Below, one piece after another: positions 24,054 through 38,442 of a stretch of 45,081 nt of DNA. Position 1 is the first letter of the stretch. Every line of letters starts with the position of its first letter. Source of the DNA: Octopus sinensis (taxonomy: Eukaryota); contig NW_021834830.1 of assembly GCF_006345805.1 (NCBI RefSeq), positions 1 through 45,081 on the forward strand, written 5' to 3'. The notes under the pieces were generated by a model, which worked only from the letters and a program-made list of their open reading frames with translations, ran no database searches and was not told the origin of the DNA. The position numbers and the translations under genes are program-made.

Positions 24054-24692
24054 GTGTGCTTGTATACATGTATATATATATATATATATACATGCATACG
24101 TATATGTATATATATATATATATATAATATATATATATATATCCATATACATACACACATATACATGCATGTACAAACACAGACAGTTGCAATGCACACT
24201 CATGCCATACACAAAAGCACACACAGGTCACACAGCGCACTTAGAAGTAGGGAAGTCTGATACAAACAGCTACATCGATTCAGACACATTCTATTGCAGA
24301 CATTTATTCATTCCCTCATTGAAATGCACACACATGTGCATACACATAAAACGTATATAATATATATGCGCGAGAGTATATGAGTGGAACTATAGATGCG
24401 TGTGTGTATACTACGGGTACGTGCTCTTGTGTAAATGTATGTGTAATCATTTTATACATAATATAATCTTGTGATGCTGCAGTGAACATTTATAATTATT
24501 TACATCATTATATTTCTACCAGCTTTCCATGTGTTATGAAATAACAACCTGGTTTGCAATGTCCCCCTTCACATCAATTATGAGTTATAATGCATTCCAA
24601 AATTCCTGAAATCGCTGCTGTCTGATCAGCTGAAGTGAGTCGCTCCAACCGTCGTGGTCGTCATTGTCATCGTCGTCGCCGTCGTTGTAATC

Positions 24693-24754
<62 letters not shown>

Positions 24755-25277
24755 TATTGTTGTTGTTATTCCTGTTGATGTTTTTTTTATTGTTGTTGTA
24801 GGTAGTTATATTGTTGTGGCTATTTAGCTCCACTTCTACTTATCCCAACAGAATTTGGATCAAAAGAGTTCCATGTGTAACGTATCATTCCTGTTCTGAA
24901 TTTTAATTGTGTCATATTATTTAGTGCCACCATTATACAATGATTCGTTCCTCTTTTAAGAAGACCGGTGTCATGTCATACAAGTTTGGTTGCTATTTCT
25001 AGCAGACGTTTTGGCAACGTTTGGATCATTTATATTTTGTTCCGAATTTATGAGTACAAATCTCGCTTAGGTTAAATTTTACTGTTATTAGTATGGAGTT
25101 GATAAAATAAAGTATCTTAATGGTTTCAATTTATCCCCTTAAAAAAAAAATGCACGCCTTCTTTCAAAATCAGAAATCATTTTATAACGATTTCTCAATG
25201 CATACTTTTTACTATTTTTAAATATTTTTGCCTAGAGTGATATTCATAAGCACTGGCACGCTCACAGATACACGTTC

Positions 25278-25319
<42 letters not shown>

Positions 25320-25399
25320 AAAGATTCATAGATAAATAGAGGGAGAGAGAGGGAGAGATTACTAGATACATATATATACATTCAGACATATGCATATAG

Positions 25400-26441
25400 A
25401 GCCACACTTTCTCTTCCCTCCTGGGGCTATGGTGGATCACCACCTTTCAGTGTTCTGAGGTCTCCTTTCGGTATTGTTTTTTGATGAAGAAACGAGTTGG
25501 ACGAAGCTGCTCTTTTTTTGTCCCTGCCGGCGCGATGTGGACTCACCTGGGATTTCAGACAGAAACTTGTCCAGGTGATTTTTTTAACATTTCCTCATCT
25601 ACACCTTGAAGATTTCTTTGGTTCCTTGGCTGGATGTTAAACAGTTGTGATCCCCTGAAACCCAAGCTGTCGTAATACTGGGTCCTTATCTGAGATGCAG
25701 AAGAAGGTATCTTTGCCAGCGGGAGCTGGCAGAAACGTTAGCACGCCGGGCGAAATGCGTAGCCGTATTTCGTCTGTCTTTACGTTCTGAGTTCAAATTC
25801 CACCGAGGTCGACTTTGACTTTCATCCTTTCGGGGTCGATTAAATAAGTACCAGTTACGCACTGGGGTCGATATAATTGACTTAATTCGTTTGTCTGTCC
25901 TTGTTCGTCCCCTCTGTGTTTAGCCCCTTGTGGGTTGTAAAGAAACTGGTATCTTTGGTTATTATGCGGTGCCGTCCAGTTATGTGGTTGGTCTAACTTT
26001 TAATTCCTAAGCTGGATGAAGCTGCTTTTAATATATATTAATCCCAAAGTTGGGGGCTAGAACTTCCAAAATCTTCCGTATGTTTATCATTGCATACCTT
26101 TTTCGCGTTCTCGTCAGGGAGTAGAGCTTTAATTTTTGTATCCTCTCCCAGTAGCTCATCTGTTTCACCGAGTCAGTCTTATTTGTGTAGAGGCACTGGA
26201 TTGCCTTAAGCTCCGCCACCAATTTGACGCTCTGCGGCGATCACAGTTGGGAGTAGCACTGCAGACGAGTGAGGACAAACATCCTCCATAAGAGCAGCAA
26301 GGTATCCTTATTTCTGGCTTTGAATGTTCTAAGGATCCATCCAGATAGTTGCCTGCACAGTGTTGCACTCCTGGCAACATGCAGGGGGAATCTTGCATCA
26401 CTACTCAAGTGGATTCCTAAGTCATGCACCGATTCTAACAT
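25400..26441 (-). mobile_element. CR1/L2-like LINE, RT C-terminus and 3' end, decayed
   Basis: VHDLGIHLSSD, GWILRTFKARNKDTLLLLW, YSQL-WSP, ELKAIQ, SYWERIQKLKLYSL, LFNI, LDKFLSEIP. Confidence 0.88.
25716..25947 (+). mobile_element. SINE family C nested in the CR1/L2-like LINE
   Basis: Family C sequence with perfect TSD ggtatctttg (25706-25715 / 25948-25957). Confidence 0.93.
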
Positions 26442-26507
26442 ATGTGTGTGTGTGCGTGTCTGTGTATGTATAAATATACATATATATAAGCATATATATA
26501 TATGAAG

Positions 26508-26737
26508 GGCGGCGAGCTGGCAGAAACGTTAGCACGCCGGATGAAATGCGTAGCCGTATTTCGTCTGCCGTTACGTTCTGGGTTCAAATTCCGCCGAGGT
26601 TGACTTAGCCTTTCATCCTTTCGGGGTCGATTAAATTAAGTACTAGTTACGCACTGGGGTCGATGTAATAGACTTAATCCGTTTGTTTGTCCTTGTTTGT
26701 CCCCCTCTGTGTTTAGCCCCTTGTGAGAAGTAAAGAA
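26508..26737 (+). mobile_element. SINE family C, full-length
   Basis: TSD atatatgaag (26498-26507 / 26738-26747). Confidence 0.93.
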
Positions 26738-26871
26738 ATATATGAAGCAGAAGTATTGATGATATTAAATATGCATGAAATATCAGCTTATATGCCGAAA
26801 GGAGATACTTGGAGTCGCTCCGTTGAAGACGGAGATTGGATTGCATGGTAAACGAGCAGCTATATATTATA

Positions 26872-27269
26872 CGAGCAGTGTCGCCCGGCGTTGCTCGTGT
26901 TTGTAAGGGAAATAACTATATAAGCATTTTTAGAGAGTTATAGCCAAAAAATAGCAAAAAAATGCATTAAAAATGGAAAAAAAATGATGGTAAATTTTTT
27001 TTTAAATCGTTGACTCATCGTAGACATTTTTAGAGAGTTACTTCCCTTATATAATAGCGAAAAAATGCATTAAAATGGAAAAAAATGATGGTAAATCTTT
27101 TTTTAAATCATAGACTCATCGTAGACGCGCGCTAATACACAGAAGGGCTCGATATGAATCACGACTATAAGATACCCGGTTTTGGTTAAACTGCACCGCA
27201 AAATGTGGGAGTAGTTAGGAATCTAAATCGTAGAAGGCAGACACACAACCTTACTTTTATATATAAAGA
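26872..27269 (-). mobile_element. Non-autonomous Helitron with internal ~100 bp tandem repeat
   Basis: Minus strand starts A|TCTTTATATATAAAAG; 3' hairpin remnant CACGAGCAACGCCGGG then CTCG|T (mutated CTAG); catttttagagagtta...gactcatcgtagac occurs twice (~26924-27126). Confidence 0.8.
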
Positions 27270-27615
27270 TATATACACATACACATCATACTCACTCATA
27301 CACAAGCACATATCTATGAGTGTATATGCGCCAGTCTATGTTTTTGTCAACGGCCTGCGTTTGATTTATCATTGTACTGTGTTAATAATATTGTCTCCAT
27401 CTTCGACCGGCTATTTTTGTAAGAATTCTCCAAGTATTGTATAGACGTGTTGTCCGAATTTAGTTTTATCTGGTGTTGTGTGTGTGTCGAAAGAATGAAG
27501 TTGCTTCTTGTGAAAATACGGTTTATATACATACATATACATACATACAGATATACTTGTACATATATAAATATATATATACATATATATATATAATATA
27601 TATATATAATATATA

Positions 27616-27657
<42 letters not shown>

Positions 27658-27662
27658 TATAT

Positions 27663-27706
<44 letters not shown>

Positions 27707-28163
27707 ATATATATATATATATATAATATATATATATATAATATATATATATACATATATACATATATATATATATACATATATACATATATACATATAT
27801 ACATATATACATATAAATGCATATATGTACACATACATAGATACATACGAAAATATGCATCTATCTTCTCTCTCTCTCAATGTATACATATATATATATA
27901 TATATACACGCATACACACATATACACACATATACATATATATATATCAAGAGTTTTGGCATGTATGTGAATATGAGTCTACTAGCGTGTCTATGATAAC
28001 GTTAGCAACTATCGTGTGTGTGTCTCTACTCGTATTTGCGTGTGCCCTGTGTATATGTGCGTGCGTGCGTGTGTGGGGTTGTGCGTGTGCGTGTGTGTGT
28101 GAGCTAGTGAACTAGTACCTCTACGTATGTGTATAAACCTTATCCTTACATTTGTCTACATAC

Positions 28164-28310
28164 TTGCTCTGGATTGCATACTTCGTACACGTCTTGACCA
28201 AAAAGTAAAAACGCAATTACGGCGTTCCAGTGTCGGAATACCAATTTTGTATACGTGATATGAAGGCAATGAAAGATTCAACATCGAGATTAGACCAGAA
28301 CAATGCAATT
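28164..28310 (-). other. Putative 147-nt exon or first-exon end (...MQSRA, phase 1 donor)
   Basis: Unique island; acceptor ctttcttgaactag|A and donor CAA|GTATGT; frame is open in ORF 28156-28371; no homology support. Confidence 0.25.
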
Positions 28311-28607
28311 CTAGTTCAAGAAAGATATTATTTGGAAACCAAAAAAAAAAAAAATATCGGAATATCGCCAAGCTGCCAGCCTGGCATCAGTAGGAATCTG
28401 TTACTGACTAACAAAGAGGAAAGTGAGAAATAACATGATCATTCGCAGACTTTTAGCGGTGAAAGTTTTATAACATTTTGGCATAGAACTTTTTCACTGA
28501 TGTGAGGTTTCCTTTTATTTAATATTTTTTTCTAAACTTTTTTGTTTTTTGGTTTTTACTGTATGGCACGGGTAGAGGGTGATTCTGTTTTTTGGGAATC
28601 GACAAAA

Positions 28608-28622
28608 TAGTAGTAGTAGGAC

Positions 28623-28661
<39 letters not shown>

Positions 28662-28980
28662 CGATGGTGGTAGTAACAATAGTAGTAGCGGTGGTAGTGG
28701 TAATGGTAAGAGTAGTTGTAGTAGTAGTAGTACTAGTGTTGTGGTGGTGGTATCCTTATTATTATTATTAATAGTAGTAGTAGAAGTACTAGTGGTGTGG
28801 TGGTTGTGGTGGTATTATTATTATTATTGTTATTCTAATTATTATTATTATTATTATTATAATAATAATAATTATAATAATAATTATAATAATAATAACA
28901 ATAAAAATAATAATAATAGTAATACAAATACTAATACTACAGTAACCACTGCTAAGACTACTGCTACAGAACACTATTGC
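28608..28980. repeat. Compound (TAG)/(TGG)/(TAT)/(TAA) trinucleotide tract
   Basis: Direct inspection. Confidence 0.9.
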
Positions 28981-29521
28981 CTCAACAGCTACAACAACGA
29001 ACAAAAACAATCACAAGAAAAATGACACCAAGAGAAAGAAGAGATAGAGAAGATGTAATATAAAAATTAATAATAAAACGAAACACACAAAAAAAACACA
29101 TAAAAGTTATATGGACAAAGACAATGGAAGTATTAAAAGACCCCAACTTCCAAACACATGGAACTGAAGTTCAGGAGAGCAAAACCACATACAAAGACGA
29201 AGATAAAAATAATAAAAAAACATGAACGAAACGAGAAAAAGAAAAGAAAAGGGAAGAAAAGGAAAAGAAATGTAAGATGGTGGAGAAGTAAAAATAAAAA
29301 AGACACAATTAATTGACTAAGACAAAGACAATATAAAGAAGATGAACGAGAGGAAAGAAAGAAAGAAGAAGAGAAGAAGAAATATGAAGACTGGCTTGGT
29401 TTCATTCTTGATATAATACGTTTGAAACTAAAAATGGTTTTAGCCATATGTACACACACACACACACATAGATATACATATATATATATATATACATATA
29501 TATAGAGGACATATGTATATG

Positions 29522-29565
<44 letters not shown>

Positions 29566-29619
29566 TATATGTGTGTCTAAAATTATCTATTTGTGTATAC
29601 GTATATGCATATATATATA

Positions 29620-29686
<67 letters not shown>

Positions 29687-30365
29687 AGAGAGAGAGAGAG
29701 ATGGATACAGACAGACAAATATATATATATACATATATATATGTATATCTATATAAGTATATTTATATATATATGTATATACATATACATATATATATAT
29801 ATATATATATACATATGTATATATATGTATGTATATATATATAACACTACTGATATGTGTGTATATATATATCACATGTAACTAATACTTGTATATATGC
29901 ATGGATGTGGGAGCATATATATGTATATGGGAATAGGTATATATGTATGCACATGTGTATGCTTGGGAGTATGTGTGAGTGTGTCTGTGTGTGTGTGTTT
30001 GCATGTGTATGTTTGTGTATGTGTGTGTGTGGGAGTCGTTGTGTGGGTGGGTGGGCATGTGTGTGAGAGTGAGTGTGAATGTGTGTTATTTCTATATATA
30101 TAAGACTTCTTTTTGACAGATATCTCCCTCAGGATATACAGTGCGACGGCTTGCGAGGTTCGCAACCGCCGTATACATATGCTTCTCTGTGCGTATGGTT
30201 TACGAATGCTTATGTATATGTGCATACCTGTATATTTCTGTGTGTTATCTACAAAACAGACTAACATAACATATACATGCGTTAAAAGAAATATATACGC
30301 GTATACACCCAAAACATACGTACATGCACCATTATTTTTCGCTCTCTGTTTCACTCTCTGAGTTT

Positions 30366-30402
<37 letters not shown>

Positions 30403-30418
30403 ATGCATGTATATATAT

Positions 30419-30463
<45 letters not shown>

Positions 30464-30567
30464 TATATTATATATATATATATATATATCTATATATATA
30501 TATATATATACATGTAAGTATATGTGTGCATATGCGTCTGTGTGCATATATATAATACATAGAAATA

Positions 30568-30611
<44 letters not shown>

Positions 30612-31288
30612 TCAGAAACATTTATAAAACGTACATATATGTATGTAGATACATTCGTACACACAATTGCACGCACACACACATACGCACATTTATACAT
30701 ATATATACATATATATATACGCACACAGGTATGTGTGTGAATTTGAATCCGTCTGTGTATGTGTTTGTATGTGTATGTCTGTGTGTGCGTGCATGCATGT
30801 GCATATAGGTGTGTGTATGTGTGTGTGAGTTTGTGTATTGGATAACCTTTATACTGGAATGTATTTGGACATTTAAATGTTAGTATTTGTGTGTAGTCTG
30901 TAACGTATTTTCCCTTCCGTGATGGAGATGTATCGATTTATGAAGTTTTTCCAAGAACTAATTTCCTTTTGTGATAATGATATAAAAAGTGAAAACGTAT
31001 ATATATTTCCCTGAAGTTATTATATAACCTTTGCGGTTAAAATCAGCTTGAGATTAGCGCATCACTCGAATGTTAGGTGTTGAGGCTTCCGGCTAAAATA
31101 TCATAGGTTCGAATAATATCATGCGTATATCTCTGAGAAAAACACTTATGTATTCGAGGCAATCTATCAGTGAACAGGTACCAAGTGACCAATGAACCGA
31201 GCTGTTGTTATATGTCATGTAATCTCTCCTTTAATTTGCTTACCACTACGTAAGTCTTCGTCATCTCAATGTCTTTCAATGCCTTTCC

Positions 31289-31783
31289 TAAGGTGGCGAT
31301 CTTGTACAGATGTTGGGGCGCCGGACAAAATGCTAAGCGGCATTTCGTCCGTCATTACATTCTGAGTTTAGATTTCGCCGAGGTCGACTTTGCCTATCAA
31401 CCATTCTGGGTGGATAAAATAAGTATCAGTTGACCATTTGGGTCGATCTAATCGATTTATCTCCTATGAAAATTGCTGTCCTTGCGCTAAAATTTGAAAT
31501 CAATATTACATCTTTATCTAAGCGACGAGATGACAGAATCGTTAGCACGAAGGGCAAAATGCTTCAGATTTTGGGGTGGATAAAATGAGTACCAGTTGAG
31601 CACTGGGGTCGATGTAATCGACTTGTCCCCTCCACCGAAACTGCTGGCCTTGTGCCAAAATTTGAAACCAATATTACATATTTCGTAAAGGCATCGAGCT
31701 CTAACTGGCAGAATCGTTAGCACGCCGGACGATATGCCTAGTAGCATTTCGCCCCTCTGCACATCCTGAGTTCAAATTCCACC
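31289..31783 (+). mobile_element. Three tandem older SINE family C (short-tail) units
   Basis: Heads at ~31289, ~31519 and ~31688 (ggcagaatcgttagcacgccgg); tail ...aaaatttgaaaycaatattacat occurs twice. Confidence 0.8.
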
Positions 31784-32233
31784 TTAGAATTTAATATTGT
31801 ATGTTTCCGTTATTGAAATGTATTAATGCTGTGTACAATAGAAATACTGTTTATCTGAGGTGTATTTCGTTAGCCTTTTATGCATCTTTCAAATGTAATC
31901 GCCTGGTCTTTCGCTTATTACCAACCGAGTCTCACGAGGAATAACTGATTTGGTTAACTGGCGTAATACAAGCTCTTTAGCGATGTTCTATGACCTAACT
32001 TGGCAGTGCCTCCTTAAAGGACTCGCTGTGATAAATAATTTGACGTAGATGAAGTAAGCGATTTGAAATAATAATTTTGAGTGAGGGGAATGAATTATGA
32101 AAACATTCGGAATGAAGATATAACGTATTTAATGTAAACGGCGAAAGAAAACTTTCGTTTCTTTCACCCGCCCTCTATGAAATTGTGTGAATTACTTAAC
32201 TTAATGCTGGATTGCATTAACTCGATAAAGTAG

Positions 32234-32508
32234 AGCGTCCGTTCAACTGGTCCCTGGAGGTCTATGTAAGCAAGATAGTAAATTTGGGACCCACATTAGT
32301 ATTTTAAGGAATATAAAAAAGTATTGCTGCTAGTAGTTTCTTTCTCCATTGTTTTACGCAGTTCAAACTAGACAAATTAATCTGAGAAAAAAATTGGAAT
32401 AATCATGTATAAAACCAGTTTTTAAGCATGGAATAGCTATGGGGACCCACCAGAATAAAACAATAATCAACGGGGACCACAGATGAAGAAACTTGTTAAG
32501 AATCACTG
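32234..32508. mobile_element. Decayed hAT-type MITE
   Basis: The right end gttaagaatcactg matches the Charlie-type TIR; internal ggg(a)cc motifs; the left TIR is badly degenerate. Confidence 0.45.
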
Positions 32509-34370
32509 CTCTTGATGAATCTGAAAGATAATGACCCTTATTGAATCAATACTTCTTTCGTTTTTTCCTGTATAACAAAAAGCACCTCCAGAATTCTCTG
32601 GGACTTCAAATCAGGCACCATACTGGATATCTATTGGTGTTCTATTGATTATTCTTAGCTAAAAATGAGCTTCTGGTCTGAACTATTCAAGAATACTAAG
32701 CAGGTAGGTTATGCAGTCTTCCAGTTACGGTTTGCCAAATACCTTACACGAAAAGAGACCACAAAAACAAGCACCTCTTTTGTAGCTCATCGTTTATTTA
32801 TCACCTGTAGTATTTTTTAAATATATATATTGATTACCTCTTTGCTGTTACTTGACACAAGCGATATTAACATTAATGCTTTCTAAATATTTCAGAAAAT
32901 ATTTTAACTTCGTACAACTAACACACAGCATGTCAGACATGTATAGTCCTCTGCGAATAAACGTCTTCGGAACGTGCATCAAAGGCACAATCAGCATAGT
33001 TATCAAGGCATCAACCAAAGAAAAGGTTTTGTACTCAGAAATACTTGTCTTCGGTTGCACCCCAAGGCGCAACTAAAGACTCATAACACCGAATGCAATC
33101 CACAGTAGAGACTCTTATGCACACGCTATAAACACTGGCTAACAGAAGCTCTGTTCATTCGAAGAGTTGTTATATCACCGCTATAACGCTTTCTGTTCCT
33201 GAAATAATAATCCACGAACTCTCTCACCATAGAACAACCCAATATCTGGTATTTGGTGTTCAAATGATTAGTATGATATTTCTCCGTGCAAAGTAAGTTT
33301 TCATCCTAAAGCTGAGCTGTGACTTGAAACGCTTTGGTTATGGGATATTTTTTTATCAGATTTTCATAATGAATACAAACAAGATACATTATGAAATTAG
33401 ATACATTTTCAGAAGCTTATACTGGCTTTGCTTCGATCCTTGTTAACCATGAACGAGTAAACCTCAGACCAACAGAATTCCACCCAAAACCATCACGCTT
33501 TTTTTTTTGTTGTTTTTCTCAAGAGCATATCTAGAATATATCGTCGTCTTCCTTATTCAAAGTGGTAAGGTGGAATTTGAGAAAAAGTTGCCTCATATTT
33601 CTAGCAGGACAACTTAATACGCAGAAGATCCTTCTTAGAGATCAATGGCACGCTTTTTTTCAATAACGACAGTGTATAGTTTCCCTAAAAATCTATGACA
33701 GCATAAGCACATTCCAGCATTTAGAAAAGGAAATGGGCTTTGTTCACTAACCGTAGTTACCAAAGCGTAAAAATAAACATAATTAACATCTATCTCCACC
33801 CTTCTCTATCCCACACTACTTCACTTTTGCCCCCCTCTCTCTTACATTCCTATGTTTAGATTTTACATATAAAGTTGGCTTTCTGCTACCCTAAGCCGAC
33901 TCCTTGTAGTCTAATATATGATTTTTCAGGCTACATGCATATCATAATAATATGGATTATTAATTCCGGATAACCACACTGTAAACTAGAAACACATATA
34001 TACCAATAAGCTATAGACACAGATACGCATGCGTATCGTGAATATGTGTCGGTACGTACGCATGTGTGTTTGTATAAAGCAACAAATGGAGACTCAAATG
34101 CTGTAGTTTGGACGTTTCATGGATGGCATAACATGGATAAAGTAATAATCGATAATTTGTTATTGATTCTGGATAACCAAACAACATATTACAAACACAC
34201 ACATCCATATCCATTTATTTATCTATTTATCTGAGTCTCTATCTATCTAATCTCTCTTTCTTTCATTCCCTTTCTCTCTCTCCATCTCTCTCCTTTTTCC
34301 CTCACCCCATTCTCTCTCTCACTTCCTCTCTCTGTATATATATATATAATAGTATATATATATATATATA

Positions 34371-34441
<71 letters not shown>

Positions 34442-34634
34442 GTATGTATGATATGTAAATATATTATATATAATTATATATATATATAGAGAGAGAGAGA
34501 GACAGACAGACACAACATAATACACACATGCATATATATATGTCTCAAGAATATACGGAATATGTAGATAGATAAATGATAGATAGATGATAATAGATAG
34601 ATAGATAGAGAGAGAGAGAGAGAAAAAGAGATAG

Positions 34635-34636
<2 letters not shown>

Positions 34637-34733
<97 letters not shown>

Positions 34734-34738
34734 CAGAC

Positions 34739-34769
<31 letters not shown>

Positions 34770-34770
34770 C

Positions 34771-34865
<95 letters not shown>

Positions 34866-34870
34866 CAGAT
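34637..34870. repeat. (GATA)n microsatellite
   Basis: Direct inspection. Confidence 0.97.
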
Positions 34871-35057
34871 CATACATGTGTATAATACTTAACGGTGAAA
34901 GAACGTAACAGGTGTTGGTGATAGTAGGTTACGCTTCAATGTTCAATTTGTGTGAGAACATTCGGAAAATACTTCAGCTAAGATAATTCATTTTCTGTAT
35001 TACAACATAAAGAAATTACGAGAAGCGTATGTATGTATGTATGTGTATATATATATA

Positions 35058-35120
<63 letters not shown>

Positions 35121-35310
35121 CGCATATATTTACATATATATATATACACAAACTCACGCAAGTAAAACATACGATATGTGTATCTGTGCGTATGTGTATA
35201 TGTATACGCAGATGGGTATATATTTATATACATATGCATACACACGCATATATATATTCATACATATATACATATATAAACACTTTTGTGCATATATGAT
35301 TACATATGTA

Positions 35311-36573
35311 TTATGTCGGAAAGAAAATCCTGTCATATTCCAAGACGGGAAAGAATCAAATGTTTCTTTGGTCTTAATTGATATATTCAATCAAGATAAC
35401 ATTTCCCCCATATTATTGATGACATGATCCCCTATATTAGGCAAATTCCTGATCACTCAGGCGTAAAATTCAGGTTTCGAAGTAAAGAAAGGCTAAATCA
35501 TTTTTAACCTGTTCACCGTTAATAAACTGTTTGCCCTCTAAATATTGTTGCAATGATATGAAAAGACGATAGCAAGATAGGGTAAAGTAGATGAGGCAAA
35601 GCATTCGGATTTTGGTGCCATAATCTTTTCTTTGGGGGTTTGGTCACTATGTGGTCTTGTTTTCTTGTGTAAGAGAGACAACCCTTTACGACTGACCGAT
35701 TAATGGTCGACACTTTTTCTGCATATTTTTATGCGATGCTTCCAATTGCCGACAACACTGGGCATTAACTGATTAGTTTTTGCTTAACACTTCCTGATAC
35801 ACAGCTCCTTTCATATCCCACCAAACGCATAGCATAGTTTTTATCGGGTGCAGTCTTGGTTTGGGGGTGGATTCTCCTTTTTCGTTGCATGCTAACCATT
35901 CTGGTTTCCGGTTGATATGATTATAGAGAATTCACTTTTCATCACTTCTGTTGATTCTCCCCGGGTAAGTTCGGTAGTATATCTACATTTCAATAATGAA
36001 CAGAGGGCAACTTATTTATTTATGCTGAGAAGCTGCCAGGCGATGGGGTACACACTGACCTATTTTATAGTTCGTGAAAGGGTTTTATGATCGAAGTGCG
36101 ACTTGTATTTATATGCTTTAACTAATCTTAGTATAGTTTGCCTTGTATTTTCTTCAACTGCGTTTTACATCATTGACAAAAATTGGTAGTCCAGATCCAA
36201 GGGAATCTGCAAAACGATAAATAAATATAAAACTTTCCCGAGGTCAACAGGCCAAGTTACCGTCGGCATGTTCAGGGAGCTAAAGCTTCATTTCCATCGA
36301 GAGAATACATATTTCTTGTCACTTGTATTGGTGAGGAGCGTCTTTTGTATTCGTACAGAATGCAGTGTATGATATTCGATCTGATTTTAAAACAGTATAC
36401 AGTAAACCTAATTTTAAACAGTATACTTGATATGATTTTAGCTATAATGGGATAAAACCATCTGCATAGAGAGAGTAAAATAAGCTAAAATTAATGATGA
36501 TTTCACCGTATTGGTAAAGTAACCTCAGTGATCGTGTCAAATGCAACAGGACGTTCTTTCTAACTTAACCTAA
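35311..36573 (-). mobile_element. Near full-length decayed mariner transposon (~1.26 kb)
   Basis: Minus-strand motifs HCILYEY, KIGQCVPHRL (WVPHEL-like), SDEK*ILYN, TPKPRLHPIKTMLCVWWDMKG, LPHLLYP (YSPDL region), LQQYLEGKQF; degenerate TIRs ttatgtcggaaagaaaatcctgt (35311) and acaggacgttctttctaacttaacctaa (to 36573), each flanked by TA. Confidence 0.88.
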
Positions 36574-36649
36574 TACGTATACACACACACACACACGCAC
36601 GCGCGCACACACACACACACATACACACACACACAAACTGACACGTACA

Positions 36650-37200
36650 GATACAATATACAGTCTGCAATACAGCTGCTCAATCTTGAGCTTGTGGTGT
36701 CCTCCAATTCGCAAAAAAAAATTATGTATGTGTTTGCATATTCTGATAATGTCTGGTCTTGAAGTCTACAGAGCGGTGAGATTCTGAGATCTAAAAAGTA
36801 AATACGATATTTTTGCTCCACGTTAGTTGCATTTCTTAGATCCATTAACATATGGCAAGGACTTTTTACAATTTTCCTTTTGATTCTATGTCATGAGGAG
36901 TTGGTCTTCAAACCGCATACGTGGATAATCAACTAAATGGCTTTACTTTTGTCGATGAGCTGGAAGGAAGATAGGTGGTTTGTATAACGCCTTTCTGAGT
37001 CACCTTCACATAACCCGATCTAATTCTTCTTTAAGTTAGGTTATCCTATACCCTTAATGTTACTGCTGCCTCACAGACGAGGAATTTATCATGCATGGCT
37101 GGTCAAGTGGGCAAGCTCTAAGGTTTCGATAGTTACAAGTGGTTGTGCTCCCACGGTGATGCTTACGAATTTGCTTTGGAGACACAAGGCATGTAATAAA
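36650..37200 (-). mobile_element. Highly decayed RTE-like LINE, AP-endonuclease region
   Basis: Faint collinear remnants (LELAHL..RL.GS, GIG, STYA..PT..ESK, ANTY, WR.P) resembling RTE endonuclease motifs. Confidence 0.4.
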
Positions 37201-37369
37201 AACTTGCCTAGACTGCATCTCCACTGCATGAAATTATTAGTACTTCGTACCTGTATACTGTGTACATTAAATGGAATTTATATCGCATTGAAAGGAGTAC
37301 ATTTTTGTTGATCCTACCTTAACGGAAAAGTAAACAATATGCGTGTGTGAATGTGTGTGTGTATACATC

Positions 37370-37402
<33 letters not shown>

Positions 37403-37814
37403 GTACGTAGATGATTTGTGTGTGTGCATATACCCGACCCTTAAAATGAATATTCTTTTGTCTGAAGAAATATTTTTCATGTCTGTATACTAAAATATGC
37501 ACAATTCTATTGTAAGTTTCTGATGTAATTCTATTTAATGATATATATATGTAACGCTAGAAATTTACATCATTATTTTAAAAAACTATAATGTTATAAA
37601 TGTTATGCTCTCATATGGCCTTGATTGTTATGTTTGAAACAAAAGCAAGAAGCTATTTTAAGCCAACGGCACTTGAGATACTTCAAGTTGACTTAAAATA
37701 CACATTTTCCCCATCAGTGAACACGTAGCGTTTGTTAGAAATATACCAAGGAAGAATTAAGGCGTTGTGAGTGCACGCGCGCTCACACACACACACACAC
37801 ACACACAAATATAT

Positions 37815-37851
<37 letters not shown>

Positions 37852-38442
37852 CATGCATATTTAATAAATGTGTGCGGCGCGTGATTATGTCTTGAGATGA
37901 GCAGAAACAATGAGAAATAGACGAAGAGAAAGAGAGGGGGGATGGAGAGCAAAATGGGGGAGAAGAGAGTAAGCGGAGAATATGAAATTGTACTAAAAAT
38001 AAACGATCTCAAATCTGTAGTGAAATACATAAAATGTCCATTAGTTTCCATTAACGGGACTCATTATAATTATAATCAAGATACTTAACTGTAAAACTTT
38101 TAAATAAATACAGCACTTCGTAATAATTTTCCAAATATCTTCAAAATTATGGCATAATTGCTGTAGAAATTGATAAGAGCTGTAATCTGTCTAGGAGGCA
38201 TAAAGTTATTTGCTGGATATGAGTAATATTTGACGTACGACAAATCCAGTTTTCAAGTAATATAATTGGCAGATCGCTTGACTTATTTATATTTTTATTT
38301 CTATTTTTATATGCATATATAGTGAAAGAAAGCAAGCGCTGGACGCTGTAGGAGAGAGACAAAGAGTGGCGAAAGGCAAGAAATGGGGAAGGCTATGTAG
38401 TACATACACATGTGACTGTGCATATGTATGTATGTGTGATAG

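Noticed and set aside
32848-33072. ORF resembling GPCR TM2-TM3 (FSLVDALITMLIVPL...LC)
   Set aside because: Splice sites are weak and no partner exons were found; other frames hint at a decayed Cys-rich transposase C-terminus (piggyBac-like). Neither reading can be supported without a search.
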